This document shows positions 32,520 to 42,077 of a stretch of DNA of 64,000 nt, piece after piece (position 1 is the stretch's first letter; every line of letters starts with the position of its first letter). The translations under genes were made by a program, and so were the position numbers. Under the pieces are notes generated by a model. That model was given only the letters and a program-made list of their open reading frames with translations. It did not search any database and was not told the DNA's origin. Where the stretch lies: contig JAURFE010000002.1 of NCBI GenBank assembly GCA_030827135.1, positions 146,715 through 210,714 of the forward strand, read 5' to 3'. The DNA comes from Vicinamibacterales bacterium. Its GTDB lineage: Bacteria > Acidobacteriota > Vicinamibacteria > Vicinamibacterales > SCN-69-37.

Positions 32520-32703
32520 CGCTTCCCATCACTTCCCACTTCTGCACTCACCCTGCAGCACGTCCGCCTCCGCCCTACAGGACGGGGCCCCCGACGCCGA
32601 CAATAGCGGCGGCGCCTGAGCGATCGACAGTCATCAGCCGGGCCTCGGATAGAGACACCAACCTCACAGGCCGGGGCGGCCTGTGTTCCCAGCGGCTGGC
32701 TCT

Positions 32704-34089
32704 TTACCGCGGTGCCAGTACTGATGACTGCCCATCACTCAGTCGCCGAACCTCCTCCACAAACGCCTCGCCGCGCGCGGCGTAGTCCCTGAACATGTCG
32801 AAGCTGGCGCACGCCGGCGCCAGCAACACCGTGCCGCCGACCGGCGCGAGGCCCCAGGCCTGCCGTACGGCGTCTGCCATCGACGTGGCCTGCCGCACGG
32901 GTACGACGTCCGACAGCGCGGCGTTCACCAGCGGCGTGGCCTCGCCCAGGGCCACCACGGCGACACACCGCGCCTTCACGACGTCGCGCAAATCCTCAAA
33001 CCGGCCGCCTTTGTGTTTGCCGCCGAGAATCACCACCACGTCGCGCTCAAAGCTTTCGATCGCCCGGGTCGCCGAGACGATGTTCGTGGCCTTCGAATCG
33101 TCCACGAATGTCACGCCCTGCACCGTACCCACGCGCGCGAGCGCATGCGCCAGCCCCTGGAAGCCCTCGACCGCGCGCACCATCGCGTCGGCCGGCACAC
33201 CGGCCAGGCACCCGACAGCCGTCGCGGCCAGTACGTCACTCAGCAGGTGCCGACCAGGCACCTGAATTGCGGACAGCGGCACAAGCGGCGCGCTGGTGCC
33301 TCGGTCGCGCCGCACAATCGCCTGCCCTTCCACGGTGACGCCGTCGACCACTGATGCCTGCAGGCCGAAGTCGAACCGCCGTGCGCGAGCACCAGCCGCG
33401 AGGGCCAGGGCCGCCGGATCGTCGGCATTCACCACGGCCCAGTCATCGGCCGTCTGGTTTTCGAAGATGCGCGCCTTCGCAGCGGCATACGCCTCGAACG
33501 TGTGGTGGCGATCCAGATGATCCGCTGACAGATTCACCAACACCGCGATCCACGGGTGGAACGTATCGATGGTCTCGAGCTGAAAGCTGCTCGACTCGAC
33601 CACATGAACTGTCGCATCGGTGGACGCGTCCACCTGCGCCGACAACGCCGCGCCGATGTTGCCACCGGCCGGCGCATCCAATCCGCCCTCCGACAGCATC
33701 CGCGACGCCAATGTGGTTGTCGTGGATTTGCCTTTGGTTCCGGTGATGGCCACGAGGCGTCCCTTGAGCCACCGCGACGCCAGCTCCAACTCGCCGATCA
33801 CCGGCACGCCCGCCTGCCGTGCGCGCGCCATCGCCTCCTGATCCGGAGGCACGCCCGGGCTCAGCACGATCAGATCCGCGCGGAGGAACTGGTCCGGACG
33901 ATGAGGCCCGAGGTCGACGGCAACGCCGCGCACCCGCAGGGCCTCTGCGCCGTCGAACATCGGGGCCGCGTCAGCCAGGGTCACGCGGGCCCCGCGCGCC
34001 TGCAGCAGGTCGATCGCCGCAAGCCCGCTGCGCGCCGCACCGACCACGATCACGTGTTGCCCCTGGACGCTGAAGGGAGTCGCCATCAC
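32704..34089 (-). CDS. murD: UDP-MurNAc-L-Ala-D-glutamate ligase
   Basis: VVGAARSG, ITGTKGKSTTT, ESSSFQL, DHLDRH, DDSKATN, LAPACASFDMF. Confidence 0.96.
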   Translation of the reverse strand: MMATPFSVQGQHVIVVGAARSGLAAIDLLQARGARVTLADAAPMFDGAEALRVRGVAVDLGPHRPDQFLRADLIVLSPGVPPDQEAMARARQAGVPVIGELELASRWLKGRLVAITGTKGKSTTTTLASRMLSEGGLDAPAGGNIGAALSAQVDASTDATVHVVESSSFQLETIDTFHPWIAVLVNLSADHLDRHHTFEAYAAAKARIFENQTADDWAVVNADDPAALALAAGARARRFDFGLQASVVDGVTVEGQAIVRRDRGTSAPLVPLSAIQVPGRHLLSDVLAATAVGCLAGVPADAMVRAVEGFQGLAHALARVGTVQGVTFVDDSKATNIVSATRAIESFERDVVVILGGKHKGGRFEDLRDVVKARCVAVVALGEATPLVNAALSDVVPVRQATSMADAVRQAWGLAPVGGTVLLAPACASFDMFRDYAARGEAFVEEVRRLSDGQSSVLAPR

Positions 34090-35162
34090 CGCACCTTCAG
34101 GGTGGCCAGGCTCAGGAGCGCAAAGATGATCGCGAGAATCAGAAATCGCGTGACCACCTTCGACTCGGCCCAGCCGATGAGTTCGAAGTGATGATGGAGC
34201 GGGGCCATCTTGAAGATGCGTTTCCCCCGCAGCTTGAACGAACCGACCTGCAGAATGACCGAGAGGCCTTCAAGCACGAACACCCCGCCGACGATCGGCA
34301 GCAGCAGTTCCTGCTTGATCAGAATCGCGACCGTGCCGAGCGCCCCGCCCAGCGCGAGGGATCCCACGTCCCCCATGAAAATCTCCGCCGGGTGGCAGTT
34401 CCACCAGAGGAACCCCAGGCTCGCGCCGACCAGCGCACCACAAAAAATCGTCAGCTCCCCAACCGGGAACCGCACGAAGAGCAGGTACTCGGACAACTCA
34501 CGGTGGCCCATGAGGTAGGCCAGCGCCGTGAACGCGACGGCCGAGACGGCGAAGACGCTGATGGCGAGCCCGTCGAGCCCATCGGTGAGGTTGACCGTGT
34601 TTGAGGCGCTCACCAGGACGAACGCGGCAAACGGCACGTACCACCACCCCAGATCAGGAATCCACTGTTTGAAGAAGGGGAAGACCAGCCGCGTGTTGTA
34701 GGCCGCCGGCTCCTGGCTGGCGAGGTAGATCAACGACACCCCGACCAGGATGCCGACCACCACCTGTCCGAGCAGTTTGTAGCGTGCAAACAGTCCGTGG
34801 TGGGAGCGGCGGGTGACCTTCAGGTAGTCGTCCAGGAACCCGATCAGCCCGAACGCCGCCGTGGACAGCACGGCGATCCAGATGTAGGGATCCGTCAGGT
34901 TCGCGAGCAGCAAGGTCGGCACAAAGACCGACGACAGAATCAGCAGCCCGCCCATGGTCGGCGTCCCGGACTTGGCCTTGTGGCTCGCGGGGCCGTCCTG
35001 ACGCACGATCTGCCCGATCTGGAACTCGCGCAGGCGCCGAATCATCCACGGCCCCAGCACGAGCCCGATCACGAGCGCGCACAAACTCGCGAGCGCCGCC
35101 CGGAACGTGATCGACCCGGCGAGCCGAACATCAAACACCTGATAGACGAGGTGGTACAGCAT
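34086..35162 (-). CDS. mraY: Phospho-MurNAc-pentapeptide transferase
   Basis: GTPTMGG, GFLDDY, NLTDGLDGL, FMGDVGSL, MAPLHHHFE. Confidence 0.97.
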   Translation of the reverse strand: MLYHLVYQVFDVRLAGSITFRAALASLCALVIGLVLGPWMIRRLREFQIGQIVRQDGPASHKAKSGTPTMGGLLILSSVFVPTLLLANLTDPYIWIAVLSTAAFGLIGFLDDYLKVTRRSHHGLFARYKLLGQVVVGILVGVSLIYLASQEPAAYNTRLVFPFFKQWIPDLGWWYVPFAAFVLVSASNTVNLTDGLDGLAISVFAVSAVAFTALAYLMGHRELSEYLLFVRFPVGELTIFCGALVGASLGFLWWNCHPAEIFMGDVGSLALGGALGTVAILIKQELLLPIVGGVFVLEGLSVILQVGSFKLRGKRIFKMAPLHHHFELIGWAESKVVTRFLILAIIFALLSLATLKVR

Positions 35163-36592
35163 CAGGCCACCTCTCGCAGTCGCGCCGCAATGATGTCCGT
35201 GCGCGTGCCGCGTGACCCCTTGACCAGGACCAGATCGCCCGCCCGGACCATCGCGGCAACCGCATCGGCCGCGAGGGGACTGGTCGAGAACCGGTGCAGC
35301 TGATCCGCCGACAAGCCGCCCGTGCGCGCGCCGTCGATCAATCCGTCAGCGGCAGCACCACCAACGGCGACGAGCACATCGACCCCGGCGTCGGCAGCCG
35401 CGCGTCCAGTCGCCTCGTGCCACGCCCGCGCGTCGTCGCCCAGCTCGAGCATCTCGCCCAGCACCACGATCCGGCGTCCCTCGCACGGCGTCGCCATGAG
35501 GGCCTGCACAGCCGCGGTCACGGCAGCCGGGCTCGCGTTGTAGGAATCGTCGAGCAGCCGCGCGCCGCCGGCGAGCCTCTGCGACGCACCCCGCCGATCG
35601 ACGGGCTGCAGTCGAGCCGCTTCCCGCTCGATCTCCGCGATCGACACGCCGCAATCGAGCGCCACGGTGGCAGCCGCAAGCACGTTCAGCAGGTTGGCCC
35701 GGCCCGGCAACGGGACCCGCAGGGTCATCGGACCCCAGGGGGTCGTCACCTCCGCCACGGTGCCGTCAAATCCGCGGTCCTCAATCCGGCGCGCCTCCAC
35801 ATCCGCGCGCGCGGCGATCGGGTTGATGCCGAACGTCAGCGTGCGTCCACGGAAACGGCGCACATGACGCATCACCAGTGCGTCATCCGCGTTTGCGACA
35901 ACCCGTGTCGCCGGGGTGGCGGTTTCAAGAATCTCGGCTTTCGCGTCAGCGATGGCGTCCGCAGTGCCGAAATGGCCGATGTGGGCGTTCCCCACGTTGG
36001 TCCAGACCCGCACGTCAGGCGCAGCGAGCTGCACGAGTGTGCGAATTTCACCCGCGTGGTTCATGCCCAGTTCAACGACCGCGATCTCCGGTCCGTGGCG
36101 AAGTTCGAGGAGTGACAACGGGAGGCCGATGTGATTGTTGAGATTGCCCTCGTTCTTAAAGACGCGGTATTTCGTCGCGAGGAACGTCCCGGTGGCTTCC
36201 TTGGTCGTGGTCTTGCCTGCGCTGCCCGTGATCGCCACCACCTGCGCCCCCGAACGCACGCGCACGCTGTGGCCGAGGCGCTGCAGCGCCTCAAGGGTGT
36301 CATCCACAAGGATGACGGCCGCCTCACCGCTCACGGCCGGCAGCGTGGACACCAGCACTCCGGCGGCGCCGTTGGCGATCACCTGCGTGACGAAGTCATG
36401 GCCATCAAAGGTCGGCCCCTGAAGGGCGATGAACAGCGGGCCTGGCGCGCGAGGCGATGTCAGCGCGGGGGGCATCGTCCGACTGTCCGTCGTCACACGG
36501 TCGAAGACACGGGCGGCGTCGCCAGTCAGTAACCGGCCTCCGGTGGCGTCGGCCACCAATCCGGCGGTGAGCAGGAAGGCACTCACCGTCAC
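35162..36592 (-). CDS. murF: UDP-MurNAc-tripeptide-D-Ala-D-Ala ligase
   Basis: TDSR, FDGHDF, ITGSAGKTTTKE, GNLNNHIGLP, DDSYNASP, GEMLELG, VKGSRG. Confidence 0.96.
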   Translation of the reverse strand: MTVSAFLLTAGLVADATGGRLLTGDAARVFDRVTTDSRTMPPALTSPRAPGPLFIALQGPTFDGHDFVTQVIANGAAGVLVSTLPAVSGEAAVILVDDTLEALQRLGHSVRVRSGAQVVAITGSAGKTTTKEATGTFLATKYRVFKNEGNLNNHIGLPLSLLELRHGPEIAVVELGMNHAGEIRTLVQLAAPDVRVWTNVGNAHIGHFGTADAIADAKAEILETATPATRVVANADDALVMRHVRRFRGRTLTFGINPIAARADVEARRIEDRGFDGTVAEVTTPWGPMTLRVPLPGRANLLNVLAAATVALDCGVSIAEIEREAARLQPVDRRGASQRLAGGARLLDDSYNASPAAVTAAVQALMATPCEGRRIVVLGEMLELGDDARAWHEATGRAAADAGVDVLVAVGGAAADGLIDGARTGGLSADQLHRFSTSPLAADAVAAMVRAGDLVLVKGSRGTRTDIIAARLREVA

Positions 36593-38121
36593 ACCCGTGG
36601 CGCCGTCCGACGCTGCGTCAACGCGGCGCGCGCCACGTCAACATCGTCAAACGGCGTGACGTTCACGCCGATGGTTTGTGTCTTTTCGTGGCCCTTGCCG
36701 GCAATCAGCACGACGTCACCGGCGCGCGAGGCGCGGATCGCCTGTTCGATCGCGACACGGCGATCGAGGTGGACGAGCAGGGGGGTGCCCGTCCGCTTCG
36801 GCGCCGACGGATCGGCGGGCATCACGATGCCACGTTTGATGTCGTCAATGATCCGCGCCGGATCCTCCGACCGCGGATTGTCGGACGTCAGCACGACCAG
36901 ATCGCTCAGGCGCGCGGCCACGGCACCCATGAGGGGGCGCTTGGTCTTGTCGCGATCCCCGCCACAGCCGAACACCGTGATGAGGCGCCCGTGCGTCAGG
37001 GGACGCGCCGTTTCCAGCAGATTTTTCAGCGCATCATCGGTGTGCGCGTAATCCACGACGACCCGCACGTCATCGGTTGATCCCGAGACCACCTGGAACC
37101 GTCCGGGTACGCCTTCAAGATTCGAGAGACCAGCCTCAATCGCTTCGCGCGGCACACCAAGCGCCGTCGCCGTCGCGATCACTCCGAGGATGTTGTAGAC
37201 ATTCGGCCAGCCGACCAGCGATGAGCGTACGGCCAGCGTGCCCGACGGGGTGGTGACGTCGCAGGCAATCCCGTCGAGTGAGAGTTGCACGGCTTCGGGG
37301 CGCACATCGGCGGTCTTGCTGATCCCGAAGGTCACCGGATGCGCGACGCGGCCGGCCAGTTCAACGCCTCGTGGATCGTCGATGTTGATGATGGCGGGTG
37401 CGCCCGGCGGCAGCAGATCGAACAACCGCCGCTTGGCTTCGAAGTACGCGTGCATGTCGCCGTGGAAGTCGAGGTGATCACGCGTCAGATTCGTGAAGAT
37501 TCCGGCGGCAAACCGGGTGAAGGCCACGCGATGCAGCACCAGCGCGTGTGACGACACTTCCATGGCGCAGGCCCGACAGCCGCGCGTGACCATCTCCCGG
37601 AGCAGCCGCTGCACCTCGCTCGATTCCGGCGTCGTGTGTGACGCGTCAACTTCGTCGGAGGGCCGGGGCCCGGTACGCACCGTGACGGTGCCCAGGCGGC
37701 CACACGGCCAGCCGGCCGCATCGAACACCGAGGCCAGCAGATACGTGGTGGTCGTCTTGCCGTTGGTCCCGGTCACCCCGACGACCGTGAGCGCTTCACT
37801 CGGATGGCCGTGCAGAATGGCGGAAAGGTCGGCGAGCGCGAGGCGGGCGTCCGACGTGAGCAGCCACGGTACGCGCACGCCGGTCGGCGCCTTGCGCTCC
37901 GAGATGATCGCGACGGCCCCGGCTGCCTGGGCGGCGTCCACAAACGCGGCGCCGTCGGACTTCAGTCCACGAATCGCGACGAACACGGCCCCCGGGGTGA
38001 CCGCGCGCGAATCGTGGGTGACGGCCGACACGGAGCGTGACGCGGCGTCAGCCTCGGCTACCCGGTGGCACGCGTCCGGTGCAAGCGCACGTGCCGCGGC
38101 CACAAGAGCGCCAAGCGTCAC
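36589..38121 (-). CDS. murE: UDP-MurNAc-dipeptide-meso-DAP ligase
   Basis: VTGTNGKTTT, TTPE, MEVSSH, DYAHT, FGCGGDRD, DNPR (DAP-type motif), AGKGHE. Confidence 0.96.
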   Translation of the reverse strand: MTLGALVAAARALAPDACHRVAEADAASRSVSAVTHDSRAVTPGAVFVAIRGLKSDGAAFVDAAQAAGAVAIISERKAPTGVRVPWLLTSDARLALADLSAILHGHPSEALTVVGVTGTNGKTTTTYLLASVFDAAGWPCGRLGTVTVRTGPRPSDEVDASHTTPESSEVQRLLREMVTRGCRACAMEVSSHALVLHRVAFTRFAAGIFTNLTRDHLDFHGDMHAYFEAKRRLFDLLPPGAPAIINIDDPRGVELAGRVAHPVTFGISKTADVRPEAVQLSLDGIACDVTTPSGTLAVRSSLVGWPNVYNILGVIATATALGVPREAIEAGLSNLEGVPGRFQVVSGSTDDVRVVVDYAHTDDALKNLLETARPLTHGRLITVFGCGGDRDKTKRPLMGAVAARLSDLVVLTSDNPRSEDPARIIDDIKRGIVMPADPSAPKRTGTPLLVHLDRRVAIEQAIRASRAGDVVLIAGKGHEKTQTIGVNVTPFDDVDVARAALTQRRTAPRV

Positions 38122-40181
38122 TGGCGTCCTCCCGCCGGCCCGGGGCGCACGCGATCAAGCTGAAGATGAGTTACGCCGCCGGCGTCTACCGGCTCGCCGG
38201 CCGCGGGACTCTGCGTCGTCACGATGCCGTCGCCCTGCACGCGCACGGCGAGGCCAGACTGCGTCAACACGCGCATGGCTTCGCGAGCGCCCAGGCCGAT
38301 CACGTCGGGCATCCGCAGTTGCCCGTTCACCGGCCTGACCTGACGCACGGTGTCCGCGCCCTGCATGGCATAGCGGGTCGGCACAACGGGCGTGGCCTGC
38401 AACACGACCGGCGTCGTTGGACCGATGGTGGGCGGCACCCCGAGGTGGCGCAATGCCGCCTCGGAGAACTTCTGGAAGATGGGCGCCGCGACCGCGCCCC
38501 CGTAGTACCCGCCGGCGCGCGGCGAGTCCACGACCACCAGCACCGCCAGCGCGGGCCGGCGCGACGGGAGGAAGCCCGTGAACGATCCAACGTGGACCGA
38601 AGATGAATAGAGTCCGTTGATCAGCTTCTGCGAGGTGCCTGTCTTGCCCGCCACCTGGTAGCCGGGCACCTTCGCGGCCTTGCCTGTGCCGCGCTCGACA
38701 ACGCCCTCCATGATGGTGGTCAGCGTGGCGGCCGTCGTGGCATTGATCGCCTGCCGAATCGGGCGTGGCGCAATGACTTCGCGCACGCCGTCCTTGATGA
38801 TGGCGCGCAGCAGCCGCGGTTCGTACAACGTCCCGCCGTTGGCAACGGCAGCGGTGGCGGCCACCATCTGCAAGGGCGTGACCGACACCTGATAGCCCAT
38901 CGACACCGACGCCAGGGCCGATGCATTGAGATTCTCCGGCCGCCACACAATCCCGCCGCTGACGCCACGGAAGTCGGGCGCGTGAATTTCACCGAACCCG
39001 AACCGGCGCACGAACCGGCTCAACCGTTCCGCGCCAATCTGCCATCCGGCCTTGATCGCGCCGACGTTGCTCGACTTGATGATGACGTCTTCAAACGACA
39101 ACACGCCGTAGTGATGTTCATCGTCGATCGGCTTGCGGCCCGGAATCTTGATGTAGCCGGGATTGGTGTCGATCAAATCGGACGGCGCAATGATGCCTTC
39201 TTCGATCGCGGCGGCGGCCGTCACGATCTTGAACGTCGAGCCGGGCTCGTAGATCTCCTGCACGGCGCGGTTGCGCCGCAAATCGGGATCAAAGGCCCCA
39301 GGCGTGTTCGGGTTGAACGTCGGGTAATTGGCCTGCGCGAGAATCTCCCCCGTGTTGGGGTCCATCGCTACCAGCGTGATCGCATCGGGGCGATGCCGTT
39401 CCGCGCCAGCGAGCACTTCGCGCTCTGCAATGTGCTGGAGATACTGATCGATTGTGAGTTCCAGCGTAGCGCCGGCGGTCGGTTCGGATTCCACCCGGCT
39501 CTGCACGGCCTGATGCCGCGCATCGGTCAGCATCAGCACGCGGCCCTTCTTGCCGCGAATCAGCGAGTCGTAGGCCTGTTCAACGCCGCCCTGCCCGTTG
39601 TTGTCGCGCCCGACGTACCCGAGCAGATGGGCCCCCAATTCCTTGTTCGGGTAGTACCGGCGGGATTCGGCGCGCACCTCGACGCCGTGCAGTTTCAGCG
39701 CGGCCACCCGCGCCCCGACGGCGGGAGACACGCCGCGTCGGACAAAGGCAAACGCGCTCTTGTTGGCGGCAGCGGTGGAAATGGACGCGATCAGGTCGGC
39801 GCGTTCGGTGCGGCTGCAGTCGCCAAACACCGCGCACAGTGCCGTGATCGTCTTCGCGACATCCTTCAGCGCGCGGGGGTTGACCGTCACATTGTCGGCG
39901 TCCACCGAAATGGCGAGCACTTCCCCGTTGCGATCGAGCAGGTCGCCCCGTTTCGCCGCAGGTTCATACACGCGCATCTGCTGGTCGTTCGCGACGTCGA
40001 GGTAGTGCGGATGCCGCACGACCTGCAGGTACACCAGACGGGCCTGGATGCCGGCCGTCCACACCACAAAAGCCACGGCGACAAGCAACAGACGCCGCCG
40101 GAACGCGCGGCGCCACGAGGTCTCGAACGCGGCATCGGGCCGGTCGTCGGTGTGCAACGGATCAAGTTCCCGCGTCGCCAT
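38118..40181 (-). CDS. ftsI: Class B penicillin-binding protein FtsI with C-terminal PASTA domain
   Basis: RGDLLDRNG, RYYP, EPGSTFK (SxxK), SSN, GKTGT, MPDVIGL (PASTA). Confidence 0.93.
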   Translation of the reverse strand: MATRELDPLHTDDRPDAAFETSWRRAFRRRLLLVAVAFVVWTAGIQARLVYLQVVRHPHYLDVANDQQMRVYEPAAKRGDLLDRNGEVLAISVDADNVTVNPRALKDVAKTITALCAVFGDCSRTERADLIASISTAAANKSAFAFVRRGVSPAVGARVAALKLHGVEVRAESRRYYPNKELGAHLLGYVGRDNNGQGGVEQAYDSLIRGKKGRVLMLTDARHQAVQSRVESEPTAGATLELTIDQYLQHIAEREVLAGAERHRPDAITLVAMDPNTGEILAQANYPTFNPNTPGAFDPDLRRNRAVQEIYEPGSTFKIVTAAAAIEEGIIAPSDLIDTNPGYIKIPGRKPIDDEHHYGVLSFEDVIIKSSNVGAIKAGWQIGAERLSRFVRRFGFGEIHAPDFRGVSGGIVWRPENLNASALASVSMGYQVSVTPLQMVAATAAVANGGTLYEPRLLRAIIKDGVREVIAPRPIRQAINATTAATLTTIMEGVVERGTGKAAKVPGYQVAGKTGTSQKLINGLYSSSVHVGSFTGFLPSRRPALAVLVVVDSPRAGGYYGGAVAAPIFQKFSEAALRHLGVPPTIGPTTPVVLQATPVVPTRYAMQGADTVRQVRPVNGQLRMPDVIGLGAREAMRVLTQSGLAVRVQGDGIVTTQSPAAGEPVDAGGVTHLQLDRVRPGPAGGRQ

Positions 40182-40193
40182 GATCCCTTCCTG

Positions 40194-40583
40194 CTACCGC
40201 ACCTGCGCCACGGCCGCCTTCGGCGCCGTGGCGGCTCGCACGCGCTCGACCAGCAGCGCCTCGGCTGACGTCGGATACACCATCTGCAGTTCGCGCATGG
40301 CCCGGCGCTCGATCACGGCCGGCGCGCGGAGCGCTTCCACTTCCAGTCGCAGGCGGCGGTTGAGCGCCTCTTCCGCGACGTATTCCTTCGCCATGCGCTC
40401 GACCTGGTACCCGGAGTCGATGATTTCGTCGTGCTGCCACGCGGAGAACAGCAGGATGCTGACCAGGACGAACCCGCCGCCCAGCGTACGCACCAGGGCA
40501 CGGCGCTGCTTCTCGTCCACGCCACGGACCACCGGATTGTTCCGGACGTCCTGCTTGATTGCGTATTCGACGTCGATGCTCAT
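40194..40583 (-). CDS. ftsL: Cell division protein FtsL
   Basis: MSIDVEYAIKQDVRNNPVVR, one TM, coiled coil, LRAPAVIERRA; between rsmH and ftsI. Confidence 0.82.
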   Translation of the reverse strand: MSIDVEYAIKQDVRNNPVVRGVDEKQRRALVRTLGGGFVLVSILLFSAWQHDEIIDSGYQVERMAKEYVAEEALNRRLRLEVEALRAPAVIERRAMRELQMVYPTSAEALLVERVRAATAPKAAVAQVR

Positions 40584-41467
40584 GCCACCCTCTCCACCAC
40601 TCGCAACCGCGCACTGCGGGCCCGGGGATTGCGGTCCGCCTCGGCCTCGCCCGGCACCACGGGCCGCTTCGTCACGACCCGCACGATCGCGTCGTCGGCC
40701 TGTGCCATCCGTCGCCAGGTGTGCTTCACGATCCGGTCTTCCAGGGAGTGGAACGCAATCACGGCCATCCGGCCACCCGGCGCCAGGCACCCTGCCGCCT
40801 CGTCCAGAAACGCCTCAAGCCCGTCCAGCTCACGGTTGATGAAAATCCGCAGCGCCTGGAACGTTCGCGTCGCTGGATCCACCCGCTGCCATCCACCGCC
40901 CACCGCCCGCCGCACCACCGTCGCCAGTTCACCCGTCCGCACAATCGGCGCCACGGCCCGCGCATCGACAATCGCGCGCGCGACCCGTCGCGACTTTCGC
41001 TCCTCGCCGAACTGATAAATCACGTTCGCGAGTGTCTCCTCGTCCACCGTCGCCAGCCACGACGACAGCGGCTCTCCGGACGACCGGTCCATCCGCATGT
41101 CGAGCGGACCGTCCTGCCGGAAACTGAATCCCCGCTCCGCGTCGTCCAACTGCATCGACGACACGCCCAAATCCACCAGCACCCCGTCGACTGTCGTCCG
41201 CCCGACGCCCGCGATCACCTGGCGCAGCGAGCGATAGTCCGCATGGACGAACGTGACGCGTTCCCCAAACCCCGCCAGACGCTCCCGCGCAATCGCCAAC
41301 GCGGCCTCGTCCCGATCGATCCCCACGACGTGCCCGGCACCCGCTTCCAGCAACGCGGCGGTGTGCCCGCCAAGCCCCAACGTGCCGTCCACATACCACC
41401 CGTCGGCCTTCGGCGCGAGCAAGGCGACGACGTCGTCGAGCAGTACCGGCGCGTGGGTGGGCGTCAG
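40580..41467 (-). CDS. rsmH: 16S rRNA m4C1402 methyltransferase; probable CTG start
   Basis: HAPVLL, DGTLGLGGH, DLGVSSMQLD, GPLDMRMD, ATRTFQALRI, FHSLEDR, NPRARSARLR. No ATG/GTG/TTG near the conserved N-terminus. Confidence 0.93.
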   Translation of the reverse strand: MTPTHAPVLLDDVVALLAPKADGWYVDGTLGLGGHTAALLEAGAGHVVGIDRDEAALAIARERLAGFGERVTFVHADYRSLRQVIAGVGRTTVDGVLVDLGVSSMQLDDAERGFSFRQDGPLDMRMDRSSGEPLSSWLATVDEETLANVIYQFGEERKSRRVARAIVDARAVAPIVRTGELATVVRRAVGGGWQRVDPATRTFQALRIFINRELDGLEAFLDEAAGCLAPGGRMAVIAFHSLEDRIVKHTWRRMAQADDAIVRVVTKRPVVPGEAEADRNPRARSARLRVVERVA

Positions 41468-41904
41468 ATGCCGAACTCCGCCAGCGCTCTGGCGTCGTCG
41501 TCGGTAAACGGCTCGCGGTCGAACTTCGCGAGCAACCGCTCGTGGTTCCACACGTCGAGGTAATCCACCTGGCCCAGCACATCGACGTCGCCGGCCATGC
41601 CGGCGGTGGCGCGCAGTCGCGCGGGCAGCGAGACCCGCCCCTGACTGTCGAACTCGCCCAACTGGCCGAAATAGTTCACACGGTCGAGAAACCTCAGACG
41701 GGCCGGATGCGTACTCGGCATGCGACGGAGCCGTTCTTCGACGCCCATCCACACGGGCATCGGGTAAATGCGGACCGATTCGCCGGTAACGCTGGTGACG
41801 AACAGAGCGGTGCCGTGTTGCTCCTCCACGAGCGCCCTGAAGGCGTTCGGGATCTTGAGCCGCCCCTTGTCGTCGATCCTGGCGGAATAATTTCCCCGAA
41901 GCAT
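41464..41904 (-). CDS. mraZ: Transcriptional regulator MraZ
   Basis: IDDKGRLKIP and FDSQGRVSLP repeats, LDVWN; first gene of the dcw cluster. Confidence 0.95.
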   Translation of the reverse strand: MLRGNYSARIDDKGRLKIPNAFRALVEEQHGTALFVTSVTGESVRIYPMPVWMGVEERLRRMPSTHPARLRFLDRVNYFGQLGEFDSQGRVSLPARLRATAGMAGDVDVLGQVDYLDVWNHERLLAKFDREPFTDDDARALAEFGI

Positions 41905-41910
41905 TATTTA

Positions 41911-41936
41911 CTCCACTTTGCTCCAGATAGGTCCAC
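41911..41936 (-). promoter_or_regulatory. Three MraZ-binding boxes with 10-bp period, overlapping the mraZ SD
   Basis: Minus strand GTGGAC-n4-CTGGAG-n4-GTGGAG (41936-41931, 41926-41921, 41916-41911), like known GTGG(A/G)G MraZ repeats. Confidence 0.75.
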
Positions 41937-41940
41937 ACGG

Positions 41941-41969
41941 ATAGTAGGAGCGTACAGGGTGCCTGTCAA
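41941..41969 (-). promoter_or_regulatory. Sigma70 promoter of the dcw operon
   Basis: Minus strand TTGACA (41969-41964), 17-nt spacer, TACTAT (41946-41941). Confidence 0.85.
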
Positions 41970-42077
41970 CTGCAAACTGTGGCAGGAATTAGGCTTACGC
42001 CTTATATTCGCCATCCACAGACTCGCTATGTTAGGGCATACACCTGCAGTGACGCGGCTTGCGGTACGATTCGGGTG

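Noticed and set aside
40580-41938. 452-aa RsmH with a long N-terminal extension; similar extensions on murG, ftsL, the epimerase, Rieske and the 62010-63527 ORF
   Set aside because: The extensions overlap real neighbouring genes in other frames; homology starts at the trimmed positions.
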